A stretch of DNA of 63,168 nucleotides, the filler included, from Octopus bimaculoides (Eukaryota): the NCBI RefSeq assembly GCF_001194135.2. It is 5 parts of 5 records of this genome, joined end to end, with 100 filler letters (N's around TTAATTAATTAA, not from the genome) between each part and the next. Parts side by side here need not be neighbours in the genome. Positions count along the whole stretch, not along the records: positions 52,479 to 63,168 come from NC_068983.1; 4 more parts are not named here. The stretch is one strand, 5' to 3'. Position 1 is the stretch's first letter; every line of letters begins with the position of its first letter. Below are positions 63,071 to 63,168 of this stretch, in pieces. Below the pieces are notes generated by a model. It had not been told where the DNA came from. It worked only from the letters and a program-made list of their open reading frames with translations, and did not search any database. The translations under genes and the position numbers were made by a program.

Positions 63071-63168
63071 TACAATAATAACTCTCCAATCCATGCCAGC
63101 ATGGAACATAGACATTAAGTGGAATGCCAGTCTCTCATCTAGGAGGGCCTTGAAATCAATGTTACCAA

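Overview
Eukaryotic, AT-rich, repeat-saturated draft-assembly sequence with many N gaps. It is most likely from an octopus, an inference from the repeat families and assembly style rather than from a database check. One protein-coding gene is well supported: a 3-coding-exon, 119-aa CHCHD1/mS37 (twin CX9C mitoribosomal protein) on the + strand (22502-22649, 34238-34356, 35236-35328), with an 11.6-kb TE-filled first intron and a probable 3'-UTR intron. The rest is transposon debris: tRNA-derived SINEs, RTE and L1/Tx1 LINEs, a Penelope-like element (PLE), Tc1/mariner, Tigger-, hAT- and Merlin-type MITEs, Helitron pieces, a Gypsy-like 3' end, a 5S rRNA pseudogene and microsatellites. The most interesting signal is a set of minimal type I hammerhead ribozyme (HHR) motifs that recur in one architecture: [inverted copy of 3' tail]-[HHR]-[3' tail]. 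The set includes an HHR with a fully intact catalytic core at the apex of a 350-bp fold-back (38563-38912), a tRNA-headed HHR element with an 11-bp TSD inside CHCHD1 intron 1 (27099-27512), a 1.2-kb element with ~97%-identical inverted arms (57762-58962), and an inverted HHR pair next to a PLE RT remnant. Nearly all ORFs in the supplied track are microsatellite-, gap- or TE-derived. All alignments, family calls and folds were done by eye; TE boundaries are approximate unless a TSD or TIR is quoted.
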